Notes: generated from the sequence alone by a model not told the origin. 64,000 nt of DNA from Patescibacteria group bacterium (GCA_023379025.1 JAMCTH010000005.1:20663-84662); one strand, 5' to 3'; numbered from the stretch's first letter, positions 18,319-28,664 are shown. Numbers and translations are program-made.

Positions 18319-19425
18319 ATGAGGAGCATTCCGGTTTTTTTGTGCATCTTCCTCCTGTATCTTGGCGGGTTTCTGGCCCACAGTCTGTATCTTGGTAAAA
18401 CCGTCTACGGCGACGGGATTTTTTACTTTTCATGGCTCCACGGCGTCCTCGTTCGTCACAGCATAAACTTTACTCCGGAATACGCGCATTTCGGCGTATC
18501 CCAGCCGTTAACTTCTGCGGGTCTGCCGGGCAATAAGTATTCTGTGGGTCCGGCGATGTTCTGGGCTCCCGGATATATCCCGATGCTGTCTCTCCTCGGG
18601 GGGTCGGGCTACGGGCTCCCGTATCAGATCATGATCGGGGGGGTGAGCGTCCTCTCTGCGCTCTTCGGCCTGGTGCTCCTGTACCGTTTGCTCCTCCGGT
18701 ATGTATCCGACAGGGCCGCGAAGCTTGGTATCCTGGGTATTGCCTTTGCCACGAACCTATTGTATTACGGAGCGCTTGATCCGGTGAACTCGCATGCTTT
18801 GTCGTTTTTTGCGGTGTGCCTGTTTCTCAGCTTTCTTGCCGCCGAACGGAAACAGTGGTTTTTGATCGGCATATCCCTCGGCCTCGTAGCCCTGATCCGG
18901 CCGCAGGACGCCGTGGTCGGGCTCGTTGCCCTCCCGTATCTCCGGCCGAACGCATGGGTTCGCTTTCTTGGCGGAGCATTGACGGGGTTTCTCCCGGAAC
19001 TTCTGGCGTGGCTTGCACTCTACGGGTCGTTCGTGAGTCCGTATCTCGGACGGGGTGAAGGGTTTACCTTCCTCCATCCCCATATCATCGAGGTGCTGTT
19101 TGCGCCGTGGTACGGCCTCTTTTTCTTCTCGCCGATACTCCTCGTCGGCGCCGCCGGATTGTGGCGCCACAGGGAACGGTATGTTTATCTTCTCGTACCC
19201 GCTGCCGCAGTTTACCTCATAGCATCCTGGTCCACCTGGTGGCAGGGAGCAAGTGTCGGAAGCCGCATGATGATCGGGACACTGCCGCTTTTTGCCATAG
19301 GGCTTGGTATATCCTTTGAACAACTCCTCAAACGTATGTCAACCCGGATACTCGTCCTTGTTCTTCTCGCGCCCTTGTCCGTCCTCAATGTCCTTCTTAC
19401 CGCTTCCTACCTCGCACTGCACTGA
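18319..19425 (+). CDS. Polytopic membrane protein, possibly a GT-C-type glycosyltransferase
   Basis: 368 aa, more than 10 TM helices, no soluble domain; the only plus-strand gene in the glycan cluster. Confidence 0.4.
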   Translation: MRSIPVFLCIFLLYLGGFLAHSLYLGKTVYGDGIFYFSWLHGVLVRHSINFTPEYAHFGVSQPLTSAGLPGNKYSVGPAMFWAPGYIPMLSLLGGSGYGLPYQIMIGGVSVLSALFGLVLLYRLLLRYVSDRAAKLGILGIAFATNLLYYGALDPVNSHALSFFAVCLFLSFLAAERKQWFLIGISLGLVALIRPQDAVVGLVALPYLRPNAWVRFLGGALTGFLPELLAWLALYGSFVSPYLGRGEGFTFLHPHIIEVLFAPWYGLFFFSPILLVGAAGLWRHRERYVYLLVPAAAVYLIASWSTWWQGASVGSRMMIGTLPLFAIGLGISFEQLLKRMSTRILVLVLLAPLSVLNVLLTASYLALH

Positions 19426-19448
19426 TCCGGGGAGACAAGGAGCGCGCC

Positions 19449-20672
19449 CTACTCCGACAGTATGCGCCGGTACAAATCGGTAAGCTTGCCTGCGCCGATT
19501 GCGATGTCATGGACCCGGATCGCCCTTTTTCTCGCGAGGTCCCCCAAACGGATACGGAGAGGACGGTCGGTTATAAGCCGTTTGAGCTCACGGGAAAGTG
19601 AAGCGGTATCTCCCGGAGCGATCAGGATGCCTGCTTCGCCGATATTTTCCGGTATGCCGCCGCTTTTTGTTGTGATGATAGCAAGGCCCGAAGCCTGCGC
19701 CTCAAGGAGGCTCGTGTTGTATTGCTCCTCCCAGGTGGTCAGGCGTTTCCCTATACGGGAGACCACGCGCGGCTTACTCGGAGCAACAACTATGTCAGCC
19801 CCACGGTAGACATCGGGCATATCATCGTACGCATGATGTTCGTGGATGACCAGAGAGCCGAGACCGTGGCTTTGTTCAAACGCGGTCATCCGGGCCTGCT
19901 CCGTCCCGCCCCCGACAAATACCGCGCGGATAGCAGTGCCGGAAAGGTCCGGATCGTGCCTGAGGATAGTAAGGGCTTCCAGGATATCAAAAATCCCTTT
20001 GTACTCCTCAAGCCTGCCGACGAACAGTATTGTCACTGCGCGGGGATCCCTTTTCTTCACGCCGGGCGTAAAGCGTTTGGTATCGATGAAATGGCTTATG
20101 ACCGTGATCTTTCCCGGATTGGCGCCTTCTTCAACAAGCGCGTCCTTCGCTTTTGCGGTCAGTGCGATCATGTGGTCAAGCTCCCGGCGCGCCCGCGCTT
20201 TATACTGCTTCCTGCCGTGAATGCCTTCGTTGTTGTGCGGTATGGTTTCCAGTACGGTCGCGATTACCTTGCGGACGTAGCCTTTCCGTTTGGCATCAAG
20301 ACACTGCTGGGTATAGCGGTAATACGTTTCCGCCGTATGGACGAGGTCAAAGCCCTGCCTGCCGGCAGGCGGGCCTTTAAGTTTTTCTTCAAGACCCCAA
20401 AGGTAATGAGCATCAATAAAGAGTCTGTTCAGTATGGACATTTTATACGGAAATTCCGGCAGATCCATGGGAGAAGGCAGTTTGACCACGGGGAAAGCAA
20501 ACCGATTGTGATACGGAAAAAGTGATCCGAATGCCGTCACCCGGAAATCCCGGACGAGCGGCTCGAAAAACTGCATTTCGTAGCGGTTCAGAAACTTACC
20601 ACGGACAACGGCTATACTCGGTTTCATAGGTGCTGTATTACGCGGAGAACGGACCGGGCGAATGTATCCCAC
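19449..20672 (-). CDS. Family 4 glycosyltransferase (GT-B)
   Basis: C-terminal GT4 core: FVGRLEEYKG...EAQASGLAIITTKSGGIPE. Confidence 0.8.
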   Translation of the reverse strand: MGYIRPVRSPRNTAPMKPSIAVVRGKFLNRYEMQFFEPLVRDFRVTAFGSLFPYHNRFAFPVVKLPSPMDLPEFPYKMSILNRLFIDAHYLWGLEEKLKGPPAGRQGFDLVHTAETYYRYTQQCLDAKRKGYVRKVIATVLETIPHNNEGIHGRKQYKARARRELDHMIALTAKAKDALVEEGANPGKITVISHFIDTKRFTPGVKKRDPRAVTILFVGRLEEYKGIFDILEALTILRHDPDLSGTAIRAVFVGGGTEQARMTAFEQSHGLGSLVIHEHHAYDDMPDVYRGADIVVAPSKPRVVSRIGKRLTTWEEQYNTSLLEAQASGLAIITTKSGGIPENIGEAGILIAPGDTASLSRELKRLITDRPLRIRLGDLARKRAIRVHDIAIGAGKLTDLYRRILSE

Positions 20673-21706
20673 CGGTACGCTTTCGCTTTAGCGAGCCCCG
20701 CGCGGATCATGCGCTCCCGCCGCTTTCGGTCGGAAGCCACGGCAGCAAGCGCCTGGGTAAGCGCTTCTCCGTCATCGGGGGGAACCAGTATACCTGCATC
20801 CCCCACCACTTCCGGCAGCGCGCCGGCGGTCGAGGCAATCACCGGACACCCCGAAGCCATGGCTTCTGCTGCAGGCAGGCAAAACCCTTCCCAGCGGGAC
20901 GGCGAGACCAGAGCTACGGCACCGCGGTAATAGGCCGGCAGATCCGTATCCGGTACAAACCCCAAAAGCTCCACCCGGCCAGCAAGACCGAGAAACGCTA
21001 TGGTCTTTTTAACTTCCGGATCTTCCCAGTAATCCCCGCCGGCGATCAACAGATCGCATGCCTTTCCGGTTTTCCGGAGAAACGCGGCAAAAGACCGGAG
21101 GACGAGGGGGATATTTTTCCCCCGCTTGACCGAGCCGACCGACAAAAAATACGGCCGTTTTGCGCGATACCCGGCGCCTTTGGGATGAAAGCGTTCATCG
21201 ACTCCGGGATACGCCGCAGTCACCCGGCTACCGTCGACGCCGTAGGTCCTCATGATATCATCGCGGGCGCTTTGGGAAATGGTCACGATATGCCCGGCCC
21301 GCGATATCACTTCGCGGGTCTGCCTGGTAAGCCGGTCCGATGAATCCGGATACGATTGCGGCGTATGGAGAAACCCCAGGTCATAGATAAACCCGATGCT
21401 TTTGGGGGCACCCGACGGCAGTGCCTGCGACAGACCCAAAAAACAGTCAACCGGCCGGAGCCGGAGTTCGAGGGGAAGACGGATACGGAACCAGCCGGTG
21501 GTCGGGCGAAGCACCCGCTCCTCCATACGGCTTCCGAATTCCTTTGTGATATTCCGATCCAGGGGGTCAAAAACATAGAGCCGGTAGATGTTTTCCCGGT
21601 CTAAAACGGCCAGATGTTTGAGAAGATTGACGCTGATCCGCCACACGCCGACCTTGAGCCGTGCATCGGCAATGGACAAGGCGCCTGCATCAACCCCGAT
21701 GATCAT
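20624..21706 (-). CDS. Family 4 glycosyltransferase (GT-B)
   Basis: SVGSVKRGKN...PSRWEGFCLPAAEAMASGCPVIAS, a typical GT4 E-x7-E region. Confidence 0.8.
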   Translation of the reverse strand: MIIGVDAGALSIADARLKVGVWRISVNLLKHLAVLDRENIYRLYVFDPLDRNITKEFGSRMEERVLRPTTGWFRIRLPLELRLRPVDCFLGLSQALPSGAPKSIGFIYDLGFLHTPQSYPDSSDRLTRQTREVISRAGHIVTISQSARDDIMRTYGVDGSRVTAAYPGVDERFHPKGAGYRAKRPYFLSVGSVKRGKNIPLVLRSFAAFLRKTGKACDLLIAGGDYWEDPEVKKTIAFLGLAGRVELLGFVPDTDLPAYYRGAVALVSPSRWEGFCLPAAEAMASGCPVIASTAGALPEVVGDAGILVPPDDGEALTQALAAVASDRKRRERMIRAGLAKAKAYRWDTFARSVLRVIQHL

Positions 21707-22440
21707 GAACGGCCTCCGTATGGGCCGAATTTCCGGACGGCAAAATCCTTTATCCCGTTGAGTTTCCCGATGTTCCCGCCCCAGTATGCTTCAGCAAGCG
21801 TCCTCGGCATGCGCAGGAACTCATGCAGTTTGACTCCCGTCGGCGCCAGGCGTTCGACAAACAGAAGATGGTTTCGCGCCAGATAATACTCATGGTAAAA
21901 GGATCCCGGGGAAAACGTGCCCGCATCCTGGTGCCGGATACCGGTACCGGGAATGCGGGTAAGCGGATATCCGCGCAGTCTTGCCCGGACGGAGTAATCG
22001 GCATCTTCGTAGTACATGAAGTACGGCTCGTACAAAAGTCCGATGTCGCGGATAACGTCGCGGTGCAGCGCCATGCAGGAACCGGAAATATAGTCGGGAT
22101 TGTTTTCTCCGTTCCCGAGCTTCGCCGTCCAGCGAAGCCTGTCAAACGTACCTCCGAACGGTCCGGCGATGCCCGGAGCTACGGAGCCGAGACCCGAAAC
22201 AAGATGCCGCACGGCTTTTTCCGTAACCGTAAGGTCCTGGTTCAGGACTACCACCCAGGAAGCGCCCCCGGCAAGACAACCCGGGATCGCGGCATTGGCC
22301 GCTCCTCCATACCCGCGGTTTCTTTTGTCGGAATTTTCTTCGATCGTGACCGGATACCCGGAAAGGCATTGTTTGAGGAGCCGAAGGGTCTTCAGCTCGG
22401 GTTTATACGTCACGATCACAAAACAAACATCCTGTTTCAT
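21703..22440 (-). CDS. Family 2 glycosyltransferase
   Basis: N-terminal VIVTYKPE, an YEDADYS DxD-like motif; GT-A fold. Confidence 0.75.
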   Translation of the reverse strand: MKQDVCFVIVTYKPELKTLRLLKQCLSGYPVTIEENSDKRNRGYGGAANAAIPGCLAGGASWVVVLNQDLTVTEKAVRHLVSGLGSVAPGIAGPFGGTFDRLRWTAKLGNGENNPDYISGSCMALHRDVIRDIGLLYEPYFMYYEDADYSVRARLRGYPLTRIPGTGIRHQDAGTFSPGSFYHEYYLARNHLLFVERLAPTGVKLHEFLRMPRTLAEAYWGGNIGKLNGIKDFAVRKFGPYGGRS

Positions 22441-23945
22441 AAGCCGTTCCGTTTCATGAGCCAGCCATACACCGGCAGCGGCGCGATTTCCGTATAGTGA
22501 CTCATGATGTAAGCCCCGACTATGACGGGATAGTAATCGTCATAGTAGGACCTCTCTCTATGATACGGAATATACGCAACATAAGGAACCTTTGCCCGAT
22601 CAAAAGAGCGGACGAGCGCTTCCTGGACACCGGGGATTTTGGCGTTCCAGGGAAAAAGCGGCGTCCACGGGAGGATGCGCGGCGTCTCGTTGAGGAACAT
22701 ATAGATATCGTCAAAGTTCCCGAAGACAAACAATGGCTTACCACGGGTCTCCCGCGCAAGAAACGATCCGAGCTGCCGGTATTCCGGACCGAAGAATGTA
22801 CTGGCGGATGCCTGCCGCTCCCGGAACTTTACTGCGCTATGCGCAGCGCCGATGAGGACGAGTACCATAACGGGAAGAACAAGCCGCCGCTTTCCCGAGC
22901 GGAGGAAAAAACCCGTGGCCAGGGCGGCAAACGCAAGTGAAGGCACTATACGGATCGCGCCCCACCGGGGAAGTCCTGCCATGAAAAGCGACACGGCAAA
23001 AAGCACGGTCAGGACCGCCGAAGCATCCGGGCGCTTCCTCTTTTTCACGAACCACCATGCGAGGACGGAAAGCGGTATAAAAGCCGGCGCGATAAGAGCA
23101 ACATCACCGGGGCTCGGCGGCAGGATGTAATCATAGCCGGGTCGGGTGAGAAGGAGCGGAAACCGGAATACCCAGAAAAAGAACTGCCCGCCGGCGCCCT
23201 GCACGGCAAAATAGAGCCACGTCGCAACAACGCCCATGACCGGCAGCGAGAGAAAAAGAGCCGCGCTTCCCAGTGCGCGGGGCAGATTTCGACGCTCGTT
23301 CCCTACGAGAAACAGAACGGAAAACAGAAGCGGCCAGAACGCGGTCTGCTTTATGAGGACAGCCACGGCAAACGCCGCACTCCCTGCAAGGAGAGACCGT
23401 GTTGCAAGATCTCTTCTTGCAACGCAGAGCCGGGTATACCCGTACACACCAGAGAACCCCAGAAGGTAAAACGGCAGGAGGATGGTTTCATACCAGATGC
23501 CGTTCCCGTCGAATATCGGCTGCCAGAAGATGAAAAACAAAAGCACTATACAGGCCAGGAACGTGCCTTTCAGAAGTTTTCCCGCGATAACAAAGAGCAT
23601 CGCGTCGGACAAAAGGATAAAGCCGTATGCAACTACTTTGAGTGATGCCGGTGTAAACCCCAGAAACCGATAGAGGGCATAAAGGATATAGTACGCTCCG
23701 GGTACGTACGCGAGGACCACGTCTCGGTAGTAGAGCATGCCTTTCGTGAGAAACCAGGGGTAAAAAAGCATCTCCGGCCAGTCCGTGAAATGCGTATGCA
23801 GAAGATACGCAAGGTGGAGTATCAGAAGTCCGGCAAGCAGCGCATACGGTACTATCTTTTTCTCCATAGGATTCGGAAGAGGAGAAACACATAGGTCATC
23901 TCTTCCATGTAGGCAAATGCCAGAGCCAAAACCAGACCTCTCCAC
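22437..23945 (-). CDS. GT-C-superfamily membrane glycosyltransferase-like protein (ArnT/PMT-like topology)
   Basis: 502 aa with about 11 N-terminal TM helices plus a C-terminal soluble region; the likely start is MEKKIVPY (~23867). Confidence 0.45.
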   Translation of the reverse strand: MERSGFGSGICLHGRDDLCVSPLPNPMEKKIVPYALLAGLLILHLAYLLHTHFTDWPEMLFYPWFLTKGMLYYRDVVLAYVPGAYYILYALYRFLGFTPASLKVVAYGFILLSDAMLFVIAGKLLKGTFLACIVLLFFIFWQPIFDGNGIWYETILLPFYLLGFSGVYGYTRLCVARRDLATRSLLAGSAAFAVAVLIKQTAFWPLLFSVLFLVGNERRNLPRALGSAALFLSLPVMGVVATWLYFAVQGAGGQFFFWVFRFPLLLTRPGYDYILPPSPGDVALIAPAFIPLSVLAWWFVKKRKRPDASAVLTVLFAVSLFMAGLPRWGAIRIVPSLAFAALATGFFLRSGKRRLVLPVMVLVLIGAAHSAVKFRERQASASTFFGPEYRQLGSFLARETRGKPLFVFGNFDDIYMFLNETPRILPWTPLFPWNAKIPGVQEALVRSFDRAKVPYVAYIPYHRERSYYDDYYPVIVGAYIMSHYTEIAPLPVYGWLMKRNGL

Positions 23946-24610
23946 CCGTCCCGATAACCTTTATCTTTTATAAACCGGGCATAGAACATGTGGGGAGAAT
24001 AAAGAAAAAACTTCTTGAGAGATAACCTTTCTTTTGAAATAACCATTTCACTAGCTCTTAATTTAGCGTAATAAGTAAACTTTGTGAAAACTTGTAATAG
24101 GGTTCTATACGAATAATGGAATATAACACTTTTTAGAGTGCCCAGATTTCCTTCAGCATTTATTTCTTCGTGCACTGCGGATTTTGTTGATCTGCCTCTA
24201 TCTCTTCTAAACAATCTAATCAAGGAATAACTCTCTCCGCCCCAATTTATCTTCTGTCCAAAAGCATATTTTAGATGAGGAATCCAGTATGCAACAATTC
24301 TATTTCTAACTCGATTGTTACAAACTTGTGTTAGTTCCTCTCTAAGATGAGGCGATATTCGCTCATCACTATCTAGTATCAAAATCCACTTCCCTTTTGC
24401 TTTTTCGATAAGCCACTGCTTCCTTTCACCCAAAGTTATTTTCCCCGAATGAAGTACAGTGCCGCCATATCGTGTTACGAGACTAACTGTTTCATCGGTA
24501 CTCCCGTCATCGTCTACTAACAACTCATCCCACAGACCGGTGATGCTTTTAAGTGCATCCTCAAGGACATCTCCGGCATTTTTGGTAACCATCAGGATCG
24601 AAAGTTTCAC
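23852..24610 (-). CDS. Family 2 glycosyltransferase
   Basis: SILMVTKNAGDVLEDAL...VDDDGSTDET...DSDE. The gene is a compositional mosaic: the central part (~23990-24400) is markedly AT-rich compared with both ends. Confidence 0.75.
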   Translation of the reverse strand: MKLSILMVTKNAGDVLEDALKSITGLWDELLVDDDGSTDETVSLVTRYGGTVLHSGKITLGERKQWLIEKAKGKWILILDSDERISPHLREELTQVCNNRVRNRIVAYWIPHLKYAFGQKINWGGESYSLIRLFRRDRGRSTKSAVHEEINAEGNLGTLKSVIFHYSYRTLLQVFTKFTYYAKLRASEMVISKERLSLKKFFLYSPHMFYARFIKDKGYRDGWRGLVLALAFAYMEEMTYVFLLFRILWRKR

Positions 24611-24820
24611 AGATTTGTGAGATATCTCATCGACAAAGAATTTCTCTTATGCTTTTATACATGTAATGACCATCCCTGCCCATAGGATTTTTCACAGTGT
24701 AGTCCAACCATACTGCAAACCGCAAGGTTTGTATTCTTCACATTTCCCCCTTTGTTCAACCTGTTATTTCAGTCGAAACATCGCCCGGACAAGTAAGAGA
24801 AACAAAAATCATACCCGTTC

Positions 24821-26833
24821 ATGAAAAGGTATTTAAGTATACTTATAATCCTTTTTGTTCTGTTGGGTTTTCCGCAGCCTGCCCGGGCAGCAGTAATTTT
24901 CTCTGATTCCTTTTCCGGCGGTTATAATTCCTCATGGTATATACCTGATGGTACGATTTCCCCTATCTCATCAACTCATGGTATTACAGCAGCCAATGTA
25001 ACTAACCCATGGAGCGCAATTGCCTTTCCTTTGACTAGTAACCAAACCTACGATATTAGCTTCGATCTTTGGATAAATTCAACAAATCTTAACAGCGCAT
25101 GGGGTGGCGGTATAAATGATAATAGTGGCCATTGGAAAGGTTTTGGAAACTGGGTGGGGACTGGTAACTTGGGGTATGACAATTACCTACAAATTCATGA
25201 CTCAGAACGCGCTGAAAGTATGGTTGTCTGGGACCATAGTCTAGGACTTCACCATCTCGAATTCGTTATTTCTCCAATTGGAGGTACAAATTTTATCGCG
25301 ATCGAGGATGGTAAGGAACTAACATCGCTAACCACTAACGCCAACTTTAATATTACGGCAACTACGGTCTCCTTTTTTGGTCATGGCGATTACGAAATGG
25401 CAAACTTTGTGCTCTCTACTTATGAAGAGCCGACTCCAACACCTACCCCGACCCCCACCCCGACCCCCGAACCCACGGCGACTCCCACCCCCGAACCGAC
25501 ACCGACGCCGACACCGGAACCGACCCCCACCCCCGTCCCTACGGCAACACCTACGCCGGAAGCAACTCCGACCCCCACCCCGACCCCGCCGCAGAAAATC
25601 GTTGTGATCCCCGGGCTCGGGGCGAGCTGGAATGCCGATGCAATACTCTCCTGCACATTTTCTCCCGATGAAAGCTGGACCATGAATCCGCTCGCTGAAA
25701 TCATATATACACCGCTTATGCAGAGGCTTTCCGATGCCGGCTATGACGTCATCCCGTTTTACTACGACTGGCGGAAATCCGTTCCCGAACACGCAGCCTC
25801 TCTCCAGAACCTGATCCGGAGCCGCTTATCAGCCAATGAGCTCATCGACATCGTCGGGCATAGCATGGGAGGCCTGGTCGGCCGGGCATATCTGGAAGCA
25901 TATCCCCAAACGCACGGCATCGGTAAGCTCCTGACCGTCGGAACGCCGCACCGCGGCACTGCCCTCGCCTACCCTGCCTGGTCCGGCGGCGAGGTGTGGG
26001 GAGACCTGTTATGGAAATTTTCCGCAACCGCGATACTCAAGCACTGCGGTGGGTTCGTGTCTGATCGGAGGGAGACGCTCCAAACTATCATGCCCGCTGC
26101 GGCGAACCTTCTTCCGACCACGGACTATCTCCGTGACCGTAAAACCAAAACCATGCTGCCGCTCGGGACTATGTCCGCACAAAACACCTGGCTTCCGACT
26201 GCGGGTTTTTCCCCTCCGTTTAACGGCGCTTCCGTCGGCACCATGGCCGGCACCGGCTTCTCCACACTCCGGAATATCGACGTCCAGAAACCGACGAAGC
26301 GCGATGTGCGGCTCGGCAACTGGCTCGACGGCAAACCCGCAGGCAAAGAATACGATACCGCCGGCGACGGCACCATTCTGGCAACAAGCGCCTTAGTGGA
26401 AGGTACGACCCAGATCACGATACCGCAAACGCATTCCGGCCTTATCACGTCTGCGGAAGGTAAAGAGGCAATTGTCGGATTTTTCTCGGGTCTCGCACCC
26501 GAGACACTCAGAAAACCGCTCCTGGGAGAACCTTCCTCACTGCCGCCGGAAACCGCGCTCGTCGTCATCGCCCATCCATCCATGTTCTGGCTTTTTGATG
26601 CAAACGGCGCCGCAATCCGCGACCAGGATGGTATGGCTGCTGTGGTAAACCCGAAAAACGGAACATACCGGCTCCTCATATTTCCGAAGGGAGCCAAGAC
26701 GACCCTTATCGTCGGACAGTTCCTTGCAAACGACCGGATACTCTGGAAGGAATACACCCTCAAGAACCAGCTTCCCAAATACCGCGTCATCCGCTTCAAC
26801 GACAAAACGCCCAAAGAGAACGCCGTAGAATAA
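24821..26833 (+). CDS. Secreted class-2 lipase/esterase (alpha/beta hydrolase) with N-terminal unknown domain and Thr/Pro linker
   Basis: Signal peptide [23 protein letters not shown]; an AT-rich N-terminal domain of about 190 aa; a 55-aa (T/E)P linker; and a C-terminal hydrolase with [15 protein letters not shown] (the AHSMGG lipase_2 nucleophile elbow). Confidence 0.7.
   Translation: MKRYLSILIILFVLLGFPQPARAAVIFSDSFSGGYNSSWYIPDGTISPISSTHGITAANVTNPWSAIAFPLTSNQTYDISFDLWINSTNLNSAWGGGINDNSGHWKGFGNWVGTGNLGYDNYLQIHDSERAESMVVWDHSLGLHHLEFVISPIGGTNFIAIEDGKELTSLTTNANFNITATTVSFFGHGDYEMANFVLSTYEEPTPTPTPTPTPTPEPTATPTPEPTPTPTPEPTPTPVPTATPTPEATPTPTPTPPQKIVVIPGLGASWNADAILSCTFSPDESWTMNPLAEIIYTPLMQRLSDAGYDVIPFYYDWRKSVPEHAASLQNLIRSRLSANELIDIVGHSMGGLVGRAYLEAYPQTHGIGKLLTVGTPHRGTALAYPAWSGGEVWGDLLWKFSATAILKHCGGFVSDRRETLQTIMPAAANLLPTTDYLRDRKTKTMLPLGTMSAQNTWLPTAGFSPPFNGASVGTMAGTGFSTLRNIDVQKPTKRDVRLGNWLDGKPAGKEYDTAGDGTILATSALVEGTTQITIPQTHSGLITSAEGKEAIVGFFSGLAPETLRKPLLGEPSSLPPETALVVIAHPSMFWLFDANGAAIRDQDGMAAVVNPKNGTYRLLIFPKGAKTTLIVGQFLANDRILWKEYTLKNQLPKYRVIRFNDKTPKENAVE
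25428..25590 (+). repeat. Coding low-complexity repeat (Pro-Thr-Pro-Glu codon repeats) inside the lipase gene
   Basis: Iterated ACNCCNACNCCG-like units encode [55 protein letters not shown]; it is not a CRISPR array because the units are irregular, without unique spacers, and are translated in frame. Confidence 0.8.
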
Positions 26834-27479
26834 CGGACCTGCCCGATCGCACGATTGTCCTTGCCGGACTTCCCGACACCGGTCTCCGATAGTTCCCGGG
26901 CCTAGAGTGCGGGAGAGAAACCCCCAAAATCCAAATCTTGAGAAGTATTTCTTAGTGGTACATTCGGTTTTCCCCGGTCGGCGTTTCGTTTACCGACAAA
27001 CAGACGATCATCTCCGCGATCAGCAAAGTGATAGTACGTATGCCACGCATCATCAAAGTATATGGCAATCTTTGATCCATGATCCTCATCCTGCAATCGA
27101 TCCAGCTCACCATTCATACCAAGTGTGGGTCTCATAAATACTTAACTCGCATCGTACAGATATTTTGCAGTTCCGGATCAAATATGGCAGCGAGAGTGAT
27201 AATTCTTTTGGAAAACTGTTATGCATCCAGAGTAAGGCGTGTGCAAATCGATCAAGTTTCCGATTGTACCATATCCTATCGGTCTCTAAATGTGCATCTG
27301 TAATCCTGATCGCCGACATTTCACCGAAAATTTGACCGAATACGGAGGAATACATATATGGAGGTATTGAGTCTCCCTGAACAAACGGAGTTATCTCAAA
27401 ACCCTGACATTCCGGAAAATTTTCGAGCTCAACGTGCTCGGGCAGCTCTCGGCGATGCAGGCCGTGATCCCTGTCATGC

Positions 27480-27720
27480 GGAAACAACATTCCGGGTGAT
27501 CGTCAATGTCAGCTCCGGTACGGCACGTATGAACCTTCCGGACATGAGCGCCTACGCGGGTACCAAACGCATGGTAGCTGCCCTTTCCCTTGCCGCGCGC
27601 GAAGAACTCGAAAAACGACGGCATCACTGTCCCCGTCATGTACCCCTCCATGACCCGGACAAATTTCGAAAAAAATACCATAAAGACAGGCGTCCGGGTA
27701 GGGGTTCACTTTCCCCACAC
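27480..27720 (+). pseudogene. 3' fragment of a short-chain dehydrogenase/reductase gene, frameshifted
   Basis: One frame gives IVNVSSGTARMNLPDMSAYAGTKRMVAALSLAAREEL, the SDR NxSS and YxxxK region. After about 27620 the continuation ...DGITVPVMYPSMTRTNFEKN is in another frame, and there is no Rossmann N-terminus upstream. Confidence 0.4.
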
Positions 27721-27879
27721 AAACGAACCGAGGACACCGAGAACGGTAACGATGATGCCGACCGTTGCGCCGAGGTCATAGACGGACTTGAACACGGCGC
27801 AAATGAGAAGTCCCAACCCTATACCGGTGACGACATAGACCAGTGCATACGGTTTGGTATACTCACGAAATTTTTGCAT
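27706..27879 (-). CDS. Small membrane protein (57 aa)
   Basis: ATG preceded by GGAGGAAACAG (strong SD); a single hydrophobic helix VVTGIGLGLLICAVF.. The longer ORF-track version (to 28023) runs through tRNA-Val and is rejected. Confidence 0.45.
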   Translation of the reverse strand: MQKFREYTKPYALVYVVTGIGLGLLICAVFKSVYDLGATVGIIVTVLGVLGSFVWGK

Positions 27880-27947
27880 ACTGTTTCCTCCTCTTCCCCA
27901 GTGTAACAGACACGGAAAACGAACGGATTCGCCGAACGATCGGATAG

Positions 27948-28020
27948 TGGGCGCATCAGGACTTGAACCTGAGACCTTTTCAATGTCGATGAAACGCTCT
28001 ACCAGCTGAGCTATGCGCCC
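27948..28020 (-). tRNA. tRNA-Val (anticodon GAC)
   Basis: The reverse complement folds with acceptor GGGCGCA/TGCGCCC, D-arm GCTC-AGCTGGTA-GAGC, anticodon arm TTTCA-TCGACAT-TGAAA and T-arm TCAGG-TTCAAGT-CCTGA. Confidence 0.7.
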
Positions 28021-28085
28021 CAAACTCTCATTGACTCAGCTAATTATATCACCTACACTTATTCTAGCGGTAGAGTTTCAGAACT

Positions 28086-28652
28086 ATGGAATTGGTAAAA
28101 CGCGCAATAGCCGCGGTTTTTGATTTTCTCCAGGGTATCGTCGTCGTCATGGCGGTCGTCGTCATGATCTATCTTTTTGTCATGTCTCCGCAGGAAATCA
28201 ACGGCCAGTCCATGGAACCGAATTTCCACAACAACGAATTCATCCTCACCAATAAGCTTTCCTATCGCCTGGGCGATCCGAAGCGCGGCGACGTCGTCAT
28301 CTTCAAATCACCGGAAAACAAGGATATCGATTTTATCAAACGGGTCATCGGATTGCCCGGCGAACAGGTGACGCTCAAAGACAACGGGATCTACATCAAC
28401 GGCCAACGGCTGGATGAACCGTATCTTGCTCCGGATGTATATATTTTCGGGGAAAGTTATCTTCACGAAGGGCAGACGATTATCGTGCCGCAGGGAGACT
28501 ATTTTGTTCTCGGCGACAACCGTCCGCATAGCTCCGACTCACGGGAATTCGGCCCGATCGCGAAAACGGATTTCATCGGGAAGGCCGTCCTCCGGTACTG
28601 GCCGCTTCCGCTTCTCGGGGTGATACGGCGCCCGACCTACAATATCCCCTGA
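28086..28652 (+). CDS. lepB: Signal peptidase I (S26 family)
   Basis: TM anchor followed by GQSMEPNF (Ser nucleophile box), KRVIGLPGE (Lys box) and YFVLGDNRPHSSDSR. Confidence 0.85.
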   Translation: MELVKRAIAAVFDFLQGIVVVMAVVVMIYLFVMSPQEINGQSMEPNFHNNEFILTNKLSYRLGDPKRGDVVIFKSPENKDIDFIKRVIGLPGEQVTLKDNGIYINGQRLDEPYLAPDVYIFGESYLHEGQTIIVPQGDYFVLGDNRPHSSDSREFGPIAKTDFIGKAVLRYWPLPLLGVIRRPTYNIP

Positions 28653-28664
28653 TTCGGCTCAATT

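Noticed and set aside
19722-21343. Plus-strand ORFs 19722..20525 and 20630..21343
   Set aside because: Antisense to the two GT4 genes.
25428-25590. Possible CRISPR-like or tandem repeat array
   Set aside because: It is an in-frame Thr/Pro/Glu codon repeat inside the lipase gene; the units are irregular and there are no unique spacers or cas genes.
27706-28023. 105-aa minus-strand ORF GRIAQLVERFIDIEK...
   Set aside because: Its first 48 residues are a translation of tRNA-Val; only the 57-aa C-terminal part with its own SD is kept.
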